This document shows, in pieces, positions 11,880-24,654 of a stretch of DNA of 64,000 bases. The first letter of the stretch is position 1, and each line of letters begins with the position of its first letter. The position numbers were made by a program, and so were the translations under genes. Source of the DNA: Pristiophorus japonicus (lineage: Eukaryota); assembly GCF_044704955.1 (NCBI RefSeq), contig NC_091999.1:51212001-51276000 (forward strand), read 5' to 3'. A model generated the notes under the pieces. It worked only from the letters and a program-made list of their open reading frames with translations. It was not told where the DNA came from and made no database searches.

Positions 11880-12400
11880 TTCAGTGGAGTGTGAAGGGAC
11901 GTGCTGAAACCAGAATCAGGCACATATTAGTTTGAGATACAAACCTTGGGAAGATATCACACAGGGCTATCTACATGCGAAAGAACAAAGGCAGCAGGCT
12001 ATCTCAGAGATATGTGTTCCCACAGCAAGCGGATCAGAGCAAAACACCGCAGCTCAGTCATATCCAGCCGAGAATGGTGGTGGACTCTTAGATAACTAGC
12101 AGCAGCAGGATGCTGCATAAACATCCCATGCTCAAAAATAGAGGAAACCTGCACTGGTTATCAGGAATGAAGTTCGATGTGATTGACAGTCCTATCAGTT
12201 AAAGGTGCTGAAGAAATGGGCATAGTCACTCCTCCTGAGATTTCCGCCATCACAGAGAGCAGCATCGAACTCATTCTTTTCAGTCCACGTGATGTTAAAA
12301 GCAGCTTAATGAACTGGAGACAGAAGAGATGTAGTGCTGAAGGCCAGCACACCAGAACTCGCCCTCCCCTCACCCGATATTCTGGTGATGACACTGGAGA
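11880..12400 (+). mobile_element. Divergent non-LTR (CR1-group, possibly Zenon-like) LINE ORF2 fragment
   Basis: PPEISAITESSIELILFSPRDVKSSL resembles a recalled shark LINE motif, PPEVPSITDASLQPIRFTPRDIKK. Confidence 0.55.
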
Positions 12401-12404
12401 TGCA

Positions 12405-14480
12405 GTATTTAAAACGGTGTTCAACAGAGTGCAGGAACAATATATTCTTCTAAAACTAAAGAACAACATAAACACGAATGAGACTCCAGGGATGAATAAA
12501 GCCATACGAGAATAATTGAGGGTATGGAAAGAAGCACATAGACAAAAGAGGATGTGAAGAGATTTGGATAAAAGTAACAAAAAAACAATTAGGAAGGCAA
12601 ATAGGAATTATGAAAATAAAATTTCTAGGAACATAAGACAAAGTTGTAAAATATTTTACATGCACATCAATTAAAAAGAAATGTTCGAATGGGAATAACG
12701 CCATTAAGGGTTCGACAGGATAATACCACAGCTAACGACAAAGAGATGGCAGAGATATTAAATCATCATTTTGCTTCAGTATATACCAGGGAGATAGAAC
12801 AAGAGGCCATGATATTCGACGATGAGATTAGAAATGCGATCAGTGCATTTGAAATAAAAACAGGGGATATATTATCCAAACTAATCAAAATCAAAAAGGA
12901 TAAAATCCCTGGTCCGGATGGATTGTATCCATGTATTTCAAAAGAATATAGGGAAGAGACAGCAGAGGCATTACTGCACATGCTTAATATTTCGTTAAAA
13001 ACAGGTGTCGTGCCAGAGGACTGGCGGATAGCTGACGTAATATGTATATTTAAGAAGTGTCACATGTCTCGTCAAAGGAATTACAGACCAGTCAGCAAAT
13101 ATCCGTGGTAGGGAAACTAATAGAATCCCTACTAAAGGAGAAAATAAAAGAACATCTAGAAGCTAAAAATATAATAATGAACAGTCAGCATGAATTGTAA
13201 AAAGGAAAGTCTTGCTTGACCAATGTCATTGATTTATTTTGAAGAAGTAGCAGAGATAATAGACAGTGGTAATGCAGTTGACATAAGTTATCTAGATTTA
13301 CAAAAGGCCTTCAATAAGGTACCCCAGAATAGACTGATGAACAATGTCAGAGAATGCGGAGTGAGGGGACAAGTAGCAGAACAGAATGGATTGCTAGCTG
13401 GCTTCAAGACAGAAAGCAGAGAGTAGGGTTAAAAAGTAGTAGCTATTCACAATGGCAGAAGGTGGGTAGTGGTGTTCTACAAGGATTAGTACTGCGACCA
13501 CTGTTGTTCACAATTTATATTAAAGATTTAGAATCAAAAATACAATTTCTAAATCTGCAAATGACACCAACTTGGGGAGAGGGGATATTCAAGACTGAGG
13601 ACTGCAACAATTACAGGAGGACATCAATAAACTTGCAGAATGGGAATATAATTTTCAAATGAAGTGCAACATAGATGAATGTGAGTGTTACGTTTTAGTA
13701 GGACAAATGGGGAGGTCACTTATTACTTGGAGGATACGAATCAAGGTGTGCTAGAGGAACAGAGGGATCTCGGATTAAAATACACAAATCACTAAAAGTT
13801 CCACCACAGGTTAGCAAGTGCATAAAAAAGCAAACTAAGCACTAGGGTTTATTTTTAGAGATAGAATTGAAAATTACGGAAATTATGCCGAACCTGTATC
13901 GAACGTTAGTTAATACAGACTTCGAGTTTTGCGTATAGTTCTGGGCGTCACATTATAAAAAAGATATAGAGGCACTAGAGAATGTGCAGAGAAGTGTGAC
14001 AAGGATTATACCAGAAATGCGAGGGTATACATATCAGCAAAGGATGAACGTGCTGCTTTTATTTTCTCTTGAAAAAAGAAGGCTGTGGGGTGACCTAATA
14101 GAGATCTTTAAAATTATGAAAGGTTTTAACAGAGTGGATACAGAGAGATTGTTTCAACTTGTGGGGAAGATCATAACTCGAAGCCATCAATATAAGATAG
14201 TCACCAAAAAATCCAATAGGAAATTCAGAAGAAACTTATTTACTCAAAGCATGGCGAGAATATGGCAGTCTCTACCACAGGGAGTGGTTGAAGAGAATAG
14301 CATAGATGCATTTAAGGGGAGGCTAGATAAGCATATGAGGGAGAAGGGAATAGAGGGTTATGCTGATAGATTTAGATGAAGAAAGACGGGAGGAGGCTCG
14401 AGTGGAGCATAAACGCCGGCATGGACTGGTTGGGCAGAATGCCTGCTTCTGTGCCATATATCTTATGTAATCCTATGTTA
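12405..14480 (+). mobile_element. CR1 LINE, 5'-truncated ORF2 with 3' tail
   Basis: DKEMAEILNHHFASVYT, KIPGPDGLYP, VPEDWRIADV, YLDLQKAFNKVP, GVLQGLVLRPLLFTIYI, RRLWGDLIEIFKIMKG; multiple stops and frameshifts. Confidence 0.93.
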
Positions 14481-14489
14481 TACTGATAA

Positions 14490-15785
14490 CAAATGCAACA
14501 AGAACAGCAAACGCCTTTATTGTAGTAAAACGTCCCAAGGCGCTTCACAGGAGCGTTAACAAAATATTTTTGACACCGATCCATATAAGTAGATTTTAGG
14601 ACAGATTACCAAATTCAAAGAGACAGGTTTTGTGGAGTGTCTTAAATGAAGAGAGAGAGAGAGATAAAGTTTGGCAGAGAGGTGTAGGGAGGGAATGACA
14701 GAGCTTAGAGACTTGGCAGCTGAAACGATTAAAATCGGTCATGCTCGTGAGGGCAGACTTGGAGGAGCCTCGAGATCTTGACAGCTTGGAGTGCTGGAGG
14801 AGTTTACAGAGATAGGGAGGGGTGCGGCCACGGAGAGATTTGTAAACAAGGATGAGAATTTTAAAATCTAGGCGTTGCTCGACCAGAACCCCCCATAACT
14901 AATCGAGTAGAGGTGTGATTGGTGATCGGGACTTGGTGCGAGTTTGGCTATGTACGCTAGGGTTTTGGTTGGTGTCAAGCTTATGTCGGGTCGAAGATGA
15001 AATGCTGGCCATGAGTGGGTTGGTATATTCAAGTCTAGACGTAATAAACGCATGGATGAGGGTTTCAGCAGATGAGTTGAGACAGAGGTGGAGTCGGGAA
15101 ATGTTACGGTGGTGGAAGTAGACGGTCTTGTTAATGGAGTGGATAGGTGGTCAGAATCGAATATCGGAGTCAATTATGACACCAATGTTGTGAACAATCT
15201 GGTTCAGTCTCAGACGGTTGCCACGGAAAGGGGTGGAGTCGGTAATTGGACAACGGAGATTGTGGCGGGGACCGAAGCCAATGGCTTTGGACTGCCCAAT
15301 ATTTAGTTGGAGGGGGTTTCTGCTCTTCCAGTACTGGATGTCGGACAAGCAGTCTGAGCAATCAGTGAAAGGACCAAGGGCTCATCAGCGGTAACAGTGA
15401 GGGAACGGGAAGAGAAGCCATTTCAGGCAATTCTCTGGATATATAAGAGTGGAACCGGGCGAGGCCAGTCCCACCCAGCTGGTCGACGTTGGAGAGGCGT
15501 TGGAGGAGGATGGAGTAGTCAACCGTGTCATTGGCTGCAGACAGGTCAAGAAGGATCAGGAGTGACATCTTACCACTGTCAGACTCACATCAGGATTTTA
15601 TTTGTGATCTTCATAAGGGCCGCTTCAGTAATATGACAGGGACGAAAAACTTTGTAGATGGATTCGGAACAAGGAGCTGCGGGAATATTGTGCTTGGATG
15701 TGGGGCGACGGCAAATCTAGGCCTTTGAACAAGAAAGGTAGGTATGAGATGGGGCAGTAGGGTGCAAGGACAGAGGTGTCACGGG
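14490..15785 (-). mobile_element. L2 LINE 3' part (RT to 3' end)
   Basis: [24 protein letters not shown] (L2 LLDLSAAFDTVDH) and IQYWKSRNPLQLNIGQSKAIGFG; 3' end at gtagtaaaacgtcccaaggcgcttcacagg. Confidence 0.85.
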
Positions 15786-16194
15786 CACGGTTGCCCCTAA
15801 GTTGTGTGAGTGCGTTGCGGCGCCGCTCCCTCGAGGCGGCCGTGCACCAGGCAGTGCATGCCGCGCAGTCCAGCTGGCGCAGGCTCCAGCACAGATGCTC
15901 TTTTCAACCATGTCCTACAGCCTCGTTCTTTCGACCCACAGGAGCAGCTTTCGGCGCCTGTGCGCTAGACCCTTTCGATACTAGATCGCACTAGAGACCT
16001 GTCCCTGAGCCGCAAGGATCTGAATACGAATGATGTGATTATCCACACCACCATTTAGGCGGCCTTCTGTGCACGCATGCGGAATCCCAGAGCCACGCAT
16101 GCATATCATCCAACAGTTGCAGCCTGCACCACGGACATATTTTCTTCAGGTCCATGGGGAAACTGACTGGGTGGGAATAAAGGATCGAAAAGGG

Positions 16195-16785
16195 AGGGTT
16201 AGAGAGAGACCACGGGTGGTGGGGGGGGGGTGGTCGAGGACTGGGGGTGGGGGTGGAGGGCGAGATACTGGGGGAGAGAGGGACTGGGGAGAGAGACAGT
16301 CTTGGGGAGACTGGGAGAGAGAGAGAGACTGGCGCGGAGAGAGATACGAGTGAGAGAGAGAGACTGGGGGAAAGAGGGAGACAGGGGGAGAGTGAGGGAC
16401 TAGGAGCAGGATAGAGAAAGAGATTGGTGATCGAGAGAGATTATGGCGGGAGAGAGACTGGGGGCGGAGAGAAAGTGACTGGGGGATTGAGAGAGACTGG
16501 GAGAGAGAAAGATATACTTGGAGGAGAGAGAGGGACTGGGGAGAGAGACTGTGAGAGAGATAGATTGGGGTGAGAGAGAGAGACTGGAGGCAAGAGAGAG
16601 ACACTGGGGAGAGAGAGAGACTGGGGGGAAAAGACTGGGAAGAGAGAGACTGGAGGGAGAGAGAGAGACTTGGGGAGAGAGAGACTTGGGCAGAGAGAGA
16701 AAGAGAAACTGGGCTGTGGTTGGCGGCCGGTGGTGGGGGGCGGGGGAGGGGGAGGGGGGAGAGAGGGAGAGACAGAGAGAAGGGA
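16195..16785. repeat. GA-rich low-complexity tract (gagagagactgggg motifs) inside an insertion that splits the L2
   Basis: Seen directly in the sequence. Confidence 0.9.
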
Positions 16786-16829
16786 GTTTGTACAACGAAC
16801 TAAAAGCTTTTAATTAATTCTATCACAAA

Positions 16830-17110
16830 CAAACTTGCAGAATACGAATGTAAATGTCAAATTAATTTCAATACCGATAAGTGTGAGGCACTGCATCTTG
16901 GTAGGAGGCATAAGGAGGCTAGCTACTCCTTGGAAAATATGAATCTAAGTCGGTTAGAGGTGCAAAGGGGTCTGGCTTATAGCTTCACAAATCATTAAAA
17001 GTTACAACGTGGTTTAAAAAACCATAAAAGTGCAATTATAGCACTGGGGTTCAATTCTGGAGGAATATAATTGAAAAGATACGTTAAAGCCGTATCGAAC
17101 ATTGTCTGAT
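16830..17110 (+). mobile_element. CR1 RT fragment
   Basis: aaacttgcagaat...gataagtgtgagg parallels the CR1 at 13630-13910. Confidence 0.7.
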
Positions 17111-17282
17111 TGTCTCATGACTTAATGCAGCGGGATGGGAATATGGCATTACTGTATCTATGCTTATAAGTGGTTCCTGTTGTAGTTGTAAAAGTTGTTG
17201 TTGTAACATTAGCCCACAAATGAAAAGGTCACGCACAAAGGAGTTCATGGCACACTCAGTACAATAAAATTAGTGCGAACAT

Positions 17283-17900
17283 TGGTCAAGGATTGATATT
17301 TCGAGGCGAGGTGTGATGACAGCACATTGGTGTCTGATGGGGACAGGGAACGGTTAACAATATTTGCTAACATGGGGGCCAGGTAGGGAAGTTACGTTGT
17401 CAAAGGGTTGGTGGGAATAGGGCCAGACGGAGCGGAAGGTGGGTCTCCTGGGCGAAATGAGCTCGGAGAGGGCAAGAGCAGAAATAGGTGAGGAACTAGA
17501 AAAATATGCGATTTCAGGGATATGGCAGGCGGCCACCTTAAGAGACGGTTGGCACGGTGGGCTGGGGAACGGAAGGGAAGGGGCAGAGGCAGCTGAACGA
17601 ATAGTCTCAATTATTGTGACAAAGAAGTCCATGTGCTCCTCGCACCTGTTGTTGGAGGTGAGGGCAGGGATCCGAAAATGTTTTATGTGGTCCAGCCAGA
17701 TCTGGCGATGAATGTTTAAACTAGTTATCTCCCACAGAAGTTCAAAAGTGCGTCCCTTTGACTTATAGAAGCAAATATGAGGACCATACCAAGGGGAAGA
17801 CCACAGAAAGAAATTATTTATTGTGGACAAGAGCACGAAAGGTGAAGGGGAGGGTGTGATTGAGCAGATTGATAGTTGCAGAAATGTTTTGGGCAATGGT
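17283..17900 (-). mobile_element. L2 LINE upstream ORF2 part (likely continuation of 14490-15785)
   Basis: CEEHMDFFVTIIETIRSAA and PIPTNPLTT resemble L2 ORF2 motifs; collinear with the fragment ending near 15785. Confidence 0.65.
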
Positions 17901-18039
17901 GGGTCAAATGCTATGCAGTTGGGAATTTGAAATTCAGCCCTCGCTTAAATGTTGCGGCGAAGATACTGACATCTGCTCGATAGGGTGAAAATTTATCTCG
18001 GTATATCTTATCAATAAAATCGGGAAGAATCTAACCCAG

Positions 18040-18655
18040 ACAATTACCACCCTTTCTGTTTTCTATTAATCGCCATTACAGTGATTGAGCAGTTATAATA
18101 ATGCCATGAAGTCACATCTACGCACAAATATCCTCCTCACTGATATTCAGTTTGGGTCTAGCCAGAAACACCCGGATGCAAACTTCATTATAGCCTTGAT
18201 ACAGACATCTTTCAATGAGGGGTTCAAGGTGGCAATTCTCCAATGGCTGAGATCATAACTTCTACAAGTAATGTGACCGTTATTGTCGTACCTCAGGGAA
18301 GTGTCCTCAGAGGAACCACCTCCAGCTGCCTCAATGATGACCTTCCACTATCATATTGTCAGGAGTGGGTCCACCCACTGATGATTCTGCCATTTTGAAG
18401 CTCCTCCGATATAAGGACAGGCAGAACGTCCAGGCTTCGACTGATCTGCGGTAAGTAATAATCTGCTGCATAAGAATCAGGTATACTGATCAACACTCTG
18501 ACCACCCATCTCCCCATGAACTTCACCGAAGCACCACCCACAAACAGTTGGTGATCACTATTGACCAGAAGCTGAACTGGTTCAGCCATATGAACACTGA
18601 CTGTAAAAGCAGGGCAGAGGCTGGGCGCTTAGTGACAAGTGACTCACGGCCTGAT
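18040..18655 (+). mobile_element. Divergent (possibly Zenon-like) LINE RT fragment, 5' piece
   Basis: Decayed QFG..., PQGSVL (cctcagggaagtgtcctc) and DQKLNWFSHMNT motifs. Confidence 0.6.
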
Positions 18656-18659
18656 AGCA

Positions 18660-19317
18660 ACAAAATAGCATAGGAAATAAGAGTAGAAGTACGCCATACG
18701 GCCCCTCGAGTCTGCTCCGCCCTGGCATAAGATCATGGCTGATCTGAGACCATGGCTGATCTGATATTGACCTGAACTCAACCTTCCTCCCTGTTCTCCA
18801 TAACACTTGACTGCCCTATATTTCAAGAATCTCTGTCTCAGCCTAACACATTCAAGGACTCAGCTTCCAAAGCTCTATGGGGTAGACTATTCCAAAGATT
18901 CACTGCCCTCTGAGAGAAGAAATTTCTTCTCATCTCTGTCTTAAACGGGCGACCCCTTATTCTGGAACTCTGCCTCCTAGTTTTAGATTCCCGCACGAGG
19001 GTAAACATGTTCTCAGCATCTACCCTGTGAAGTCCCCTCAGAATGTTATATGTTTCAGTAAGATCTCCCCTCATTCTTCTAAAATCCAAATAGTACAGGC
19101 CCAAACTGCTCAACCCTTTCTCATAAGACAACCCCTTCATCCCAGGAATCAACCAAGTGAACCTTATCTGAACTGCTTCAATTCAAGTATATGCCTCCTT
19201 AAATAAGGATACTAAAACTGTACGCAGTAGTCGAGGCGTGACCTCACCAACGTCCTGTACAGTTCTAGCAAGACTTCCCTACTTTATACTAAACCCCTTG
19301 CAATAAAGGCCAACATT
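18660..19317 (-). mobile_element. CR1 LINE A, 3' part
   Basis: IPGMKGLSYEKGLSSLGLYYLDFRRMRGDLTETYNIL; tail at 18665-18720. Confidence 0.9.
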
Positions 19318-19318
19318 T

Positions 19319-21588
19319 ATAAGAACATAAGAAATAGGAACAGGAGTAGGCCATACGGCCCCTCGAGCCTGCTCTGCCATTCAATCCGATCATGGCTGAT
19401 CCGATCATGCAGTCAGCTCCACCTCCCTGCTCGCTCCCCACAATGCCTTATCCCCTTATCGTTTCAGAAACTGTCTATTTCTGTCTCAAATTTATTCAAT
19501 GCCCCAGCTTCTACAGCTCTCTGAGGCAGCGAATTCCACAGATTTACAAGTCTCTATCTCCTCATCTCAGTTTTAAATTTGTGACTCCATATTCAAAGAT
19601 CAGGCCCTCTAGTTCTAGTCTCCCTCATCAGTGGAAACACCCTCTCTGCATCCACCTTGTCAAGCCCCCTCATAATCGTATACGTTTCGATATGATCACC
19701 TCTCATTCTTCTCAATTCCAATGAGTACAAGCCCAACCTACTGAACCTTTCCTCATAAGTCAACCCCCTCACCCCAGGAATCAACCTAGTGAACCTTCTC
19801 TGAACTGTCTCCAAAGCAACTATATCCTTTCGTAAATATGGAAACCAAAACTGCATGCATTATTCCAGGTGTTGCCTCATCAATAGCCACTAAAGCTGTA
19901 GCAAGACTTCCCTGCTTTTATACTCCATCCCTTTTGCAATATAGGTCAAGATTCCATTGGCTTCCTGATCACTTGCTGAACTTGTATACTAACCTTTTGT
20001 GTTTCATTCGCAAGTACCCCTAGATCCCGCTGTACTGCAGCAAATTGCAATCTTTCTCCATTTAAATAATAACGTGCTCTTTGATTTTTTTCTGCCAAAG
20101 TCCATGACCTCGCACTTTCCAATATTATACTCCATCTGCCAAATTGTTGCCTCTCACTTAGCCTGTCTAAGTCCTTTTGCAGATTTCCAATTCCTATCTT
20201 TGTATCATCAGCAAACTTGGCTATGTTACACTCAGTCCCTTCTTCCAAGTGGTTAATATAGAGTGTAAATGGTTGGGGGTGCCAGCACTGATCCCGGCGG
20301 CACCCCACTAGTCAATCGTTGCCAACCCGATTCTCTGTTTTCTGTTAGTTGGCCAATCCTCTATCAATGCTAATCTGTTACCCCAAACCCAGGGAACTCT
20401 TATCTTGTGCAATAACTTTTTATGTGGCACCTTGTCAAATGCCTTCTGGAAGTCCAATTACACCACATCCAAAGGTTCCCCTTATCAACAATGTTCGTTA
20501 CATCCTCAGAGAATTCCAGCAAATTTATCAAACATGACTTCCCCTTCATAAATCTATGCAGATTCTGCCTGACCGAATTTTGCTTTTCCAAATGTCCTGC
20601 TACTGCTTCCTTAATACTGGACACCAACATTTTCTCAACCACAATTGTTAGGCTAACTGGTCTATAGTTTCCTGCTTTTTGTCTGGCTCCTTTGTTAAAT
20701 AGTGGCGTCACATTTGCAGTTTTCCAATCTGCTGGAACCTCCGCCTAATGCAGGGAATTTTGGTAAATTTCAACCAACGCATCCACAATCCCTGCCACTG
20801 CTTCTCTTAAGACCCGAGGATGCAAGACATCAGTTCCAGGAGAGTTATCTGACTTTAGTTCCATTATCTTACTGAGTACCATCTCCTTAGTGATTGTGAT
20901 TGTGTTAACTTTCACCCCCCCTCCCCTCATCGGCCCTTGACTATCCACTGTTGGAATATTGTTAGTGTCCTCCACCGTAAAGACTGATACAGAATATTTG
21001 TTCAATGTTTCCGCAATCTCCATGTTCCCCATTACTAATTCCCCAGTCTCGTCCTCTAAGAAACCAACATTTACTTTAGCCATTCTTTTGCTTTTTATAT
21101 ACCTATAGAAACTCTTGCTATCTATTTTTATATTTTGTCCTCGTTTAATTTCATAGTCTATCTTCCCTTTCTTAATCCTTGTTTTAGTCATTCTTTGTTG
21201 TTGGCTATTAAAAACTTCCCAGTCTTCTCTCCTCCCGCATTTTTTGTCCATATTGTATGCCCTTGTTTTTAATTGGATCGCGTCCTTTATTTCTTTAGTT
21301 AGCCATGGATGGCTATGGTTGCTCTTACATCCTTTCCTTCTCACTGGAATATATTTTTCTTGAGAGTTGTGAAATATCTCCTTAAATGTACATCTGTTAA
21401 TCAACTGTCCAACACTTTAATCTATATTCGCAGTGCACTTTAGCCAACTCTGCATTCGTATCTTCATAGTCTCCTTTATTTAAGCTAATTGCGCTGGTTA
21501 GAGATCCAACTTTCTCACCCTCCATCTGAATTTGAAATTCAATCATGCTATGATCACTCATTCCAAGGGGATCCTTTACGAGGAGATG
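19319..21588 (-). mobile_element. CR1 LINE B, inserted inside CR1 A
   Basis: Has its own 3' tail (ataagaacataagaaataggaacagg); ORF2 motifs LGMSDHSMIEF, HPWLTKEIK, NYRPVSLT, KFADDTKIG, FWFPYLRKDI. Confidence 0.92.
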
Positions 21589-21937
21589 CATTTGCCTTCC
21601 TAATTAAGTGCTGCATCTGCATGCCAACCTTTTGTGTTTGATGTACAAGGACCCCCAGTTCTCTCTGTACTTTAGCATTTTGTAGTTTCTATCCATTTAA
21701 ATAATACCTTGCTTTTCTAGTCTTCCTACCAAACTGGTTAACCTCACATTCTCCCACATTATACTGCATCTGCCAAATCTTTGCCCAAGCACATAACATA
21801 TCAATCTATTTCACTTTGAAAACTCTTTTTGTCATCTTCACAACTTGCTTTCCCACATATCATTTTATCGCCAGCAAATTAGGCCACAATGCACTCAGTC
21901 CCTTCATCCAAATCAATAATATAGATTGTAAATAGTT
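21589..21937 (-). mobile_element. CR1 LINE A, upstream part
   Basis: Resumes at catttgccttcc exactly where ggccaacattt (19317) was interrupted. Confidence 0.8.
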
Positions 21938-22400
21938 GATCCTCAAAGCCTGTCAAACACCTAAAAGCCTCAGATCATAAATGCTATGGAATAATCACCA
22001 CTCACCTGGATGGGCAACTGCAACAGACAAGGATCTGTAAAACATCCAGGACAGAGTACATTAAACAAATCTGTGTCCATGTACCACTCGACTGTATCCA
22101 CTCCTCCCAGCTCTGCGGCTGCAGTAAGTTAGGTCTACAGACTACTGAAACAAGTCACTGACGTTACTTGGACAGCACCTCCCGCCCGTGATCTTTACAG
22201 CGAGAAGGAGAACAGTAAACTCTTGAGAACCATTATTTCCAACACAGCAAGCCCGACCCCACCCTTCATTACTGCTCAGTCAGAATCCAGGAATTCTCAA
22301 ACTACCACCACGTGGGAACACCCTCAGCAGAAGAATTCTTTCAGCTCAAGGAGGATCCCCACCACCAGCTTCGCAGCTCACCTAGAGATGTAAACCAAAT
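21938..22400 (+). mobile_element. Divergent LINE 3' piece (likely continuation of 18040-18655)
   Basis: cctcaaagcctgtc...atggaataatcaccactcacctggatggg corresponds to PQSLS...MEYSPLAWM and continues gactcacggcctga at 18641-18654. Confidence 0.55.
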
Positions 22401-22489
22401 AGATTCTCGCCACAGTCACCCAGATCCCAAGAACATATTAAAAAACGTCAATGGGAGCGGAATTATGAACCACTGTTGTGAGTTGCTTG

Positions 22490-23935
22490 AGACTGTTTCC
22501 AGGGAGGCGAACGGACTCTGTGCCCAGGGAGGGGAATGGAATTTGTGAATGGAAGCGAGTGGAGTCTGTGCCCAGGAAGAGGAATGGAATCTGTGTCCAG
22601 GGAGGGGAATGGAGACTGTGTCCAGGGAGGGGAATGGAATCTGTGTCAAGGGTGGGGACTGGAATCTGTGTCCAGGGTGTGGAATGGTGTCTGTGTCCAG
22701 GGAGGGGGGTGTAGTCTGTGTCAAGGGAGGGGAATGGAACTTGTGACTAGGAAGCGATTGGAGTCCGTGATAAGGCAATGGAATGCAGTCTGTATCCAGG
22801 GAGGGGAATGGAGTCTGTGTCCATGGAGGGTAATGGAGTCTGTGTCCAGGGAGGGGAACGGAGTCAGTGTCCAGGGAGGGGAATGGAGACTGTGTCCAGG
22901 GAGGTGAATGAAGTCTGTGTCCAGGGAAGGGAATAGAATATGTGTCCAGGGAGGGGAATGGAGTCTGTGTCCAGGGAAGGGAATGGAATCTGTGTCCAGG
23001 GATGTGAATGGAATCTGTGTCCAGGGAATGGAGTCTGTGTCCAGGGAGGGGAATGGAATCTGTGTCGAGTGAGGGGAATGGATTCTGTGTCCAGGGAGGG
23101 GAATAAATTCTATGTCCAGTGGGGGGAATGGATACTGTGTCCAGGGAGGGGAATGGAATCTTTGTCCAGGGAGGGGAATGGAGTCGGTGTCCAGGGAGGG
23201 GAATGGAGACTGTGTCCAGGGAGGGGAATGGAATCTGTGTCCAAGGAGGGGAATGGATACTGTGTCCAGGGAAGGGAATGGATTCCGTGTCCAGGGAATG
23301 GAGTCTGAGTCCAGGGAGGGGAATGGAGTCTATGTCCAGGGAGGGGAATTGAATCTGTGTCCAGCGAGGGGAACGGAGACTGGGACTAGGGAAGGGAATA
23401 GAATCTCTGTCCAGGGAGGGGAATGGAGTCTGTTTCCAGGGAGGGGAATGGAATCTGTGTCCATGGAGGCGAATGGAGTCTGTGTCCAGGGAGGGGAATG
23501 GAGATTCTGTCCAGGAAGGGGAATGGAGTCTGTGTCCAGGGAGGGGAATGGAATCTCTCTCCAGGGAGGGGAATAGAGTATGTGTTCAGGGAGGGGAATG
23601 GAGTCTGCGTCCAGGGAGGGGAATGGAGTCTGTGTCCAGGGAGGGGAATGGAGTCTGTGTCCAGGGAGGGGAATGGGGTCTCTGTCCAAGGAGTGGAATG
23701 GAGACTGTGTCCAGGGAGGGGAATGGAGACTGCCAGGGAGGGGAATGGAGACTGTGTCCAGGGAGGGGAATGGAGTATGTGTCCAGGGAGGGGAATGGAG
23801 ACTGTGCCCAGGGAGGGGAATGGAGACTGTGTTCAGGGAGGGTAATGAAGTCTGTGTCCAGGGAGGGGAATGGAGACTCTGTCCCGGGAACGGAATAGAG
23901 TATCTGTCCAGGGAGGGGAACGGGTTCTGTGGCCA
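22490..23935. repeat. 25-bp G-rich minisatellite, ~57 copies
   Basis: Unit TGTGTCCAGGGAGGGGAATGGAGTC; the 25-aa ORF periodicity equals three units. Confidence 0.96.
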
Positions 23936-24654
23936 TGGTACTGAGTTTGTGGCGAGTGTTGAAGACGATTACTTCAATTATTTTCTGAAAATGTAGCAAT
24001 AATTGAATTCTTTTTTAAAATCAGAACCTTCACCGGCATTATATTTAATACCCATTGCGAATGTGTTAAAGGCAAACTTTCCGAACACAAATCAATTAAC
24101 CTTTAAAGAAAAGACTGTCTGTTTCAGTAGACCGATAATATGACCCACATTGTAAGCTGCCACTGTAGTGTTTCAGAAAGTGTCTGAAGACAGTTGGAGA
24201 CGTGTTAACTTGCTGCTATTTACCTGGTTGAGAGAACTGAACAGATCACCAATTGATTGATGGATTCTGGAAATTAGAAATATCTAAATATTTCACGATG
24301 CACAATCCTCTGCTTACGAACGGCTGGACTAATTTCCACCAACATGAGTTGCTGAACAATTGAAATGCACCTTGTTCAAAAATAACTTAATAAACATCTT
24401 ACTGGAACAGATATTACACTTTTAATCCTGTGCTGGTCATTTGGAAACAGTGACAGTTCGGCAGAGCAGGAGATGATTGAATGTAATACAGCTGCCTGGG
24501 GCTGAATAATGAGTGAATATTGTCCCATATTTCAGTGTATCTTTAGTCCATCAGTCAGCGCTGGTTTCTATAGATCAGTGTCATGAATTATATGAGTGGA
24601 CATTAAAACTCCTGTTGCCGCTGAACAAATATTTCTGATCCGCTGCTAGGGTTC

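Noticed and set aside
23925-23960. FCGHGTEFV as a possible Ig J segment
   Set aside because: No W/F-G-x-G-T-x-V-T-V motif, no RSS and no donor site; it is the decayed edge of the minisatellite.
22536-23999. Cys/Gly-rich repetitive ORFs
   Set aside because: Translations of the 25-bp minisatellite.
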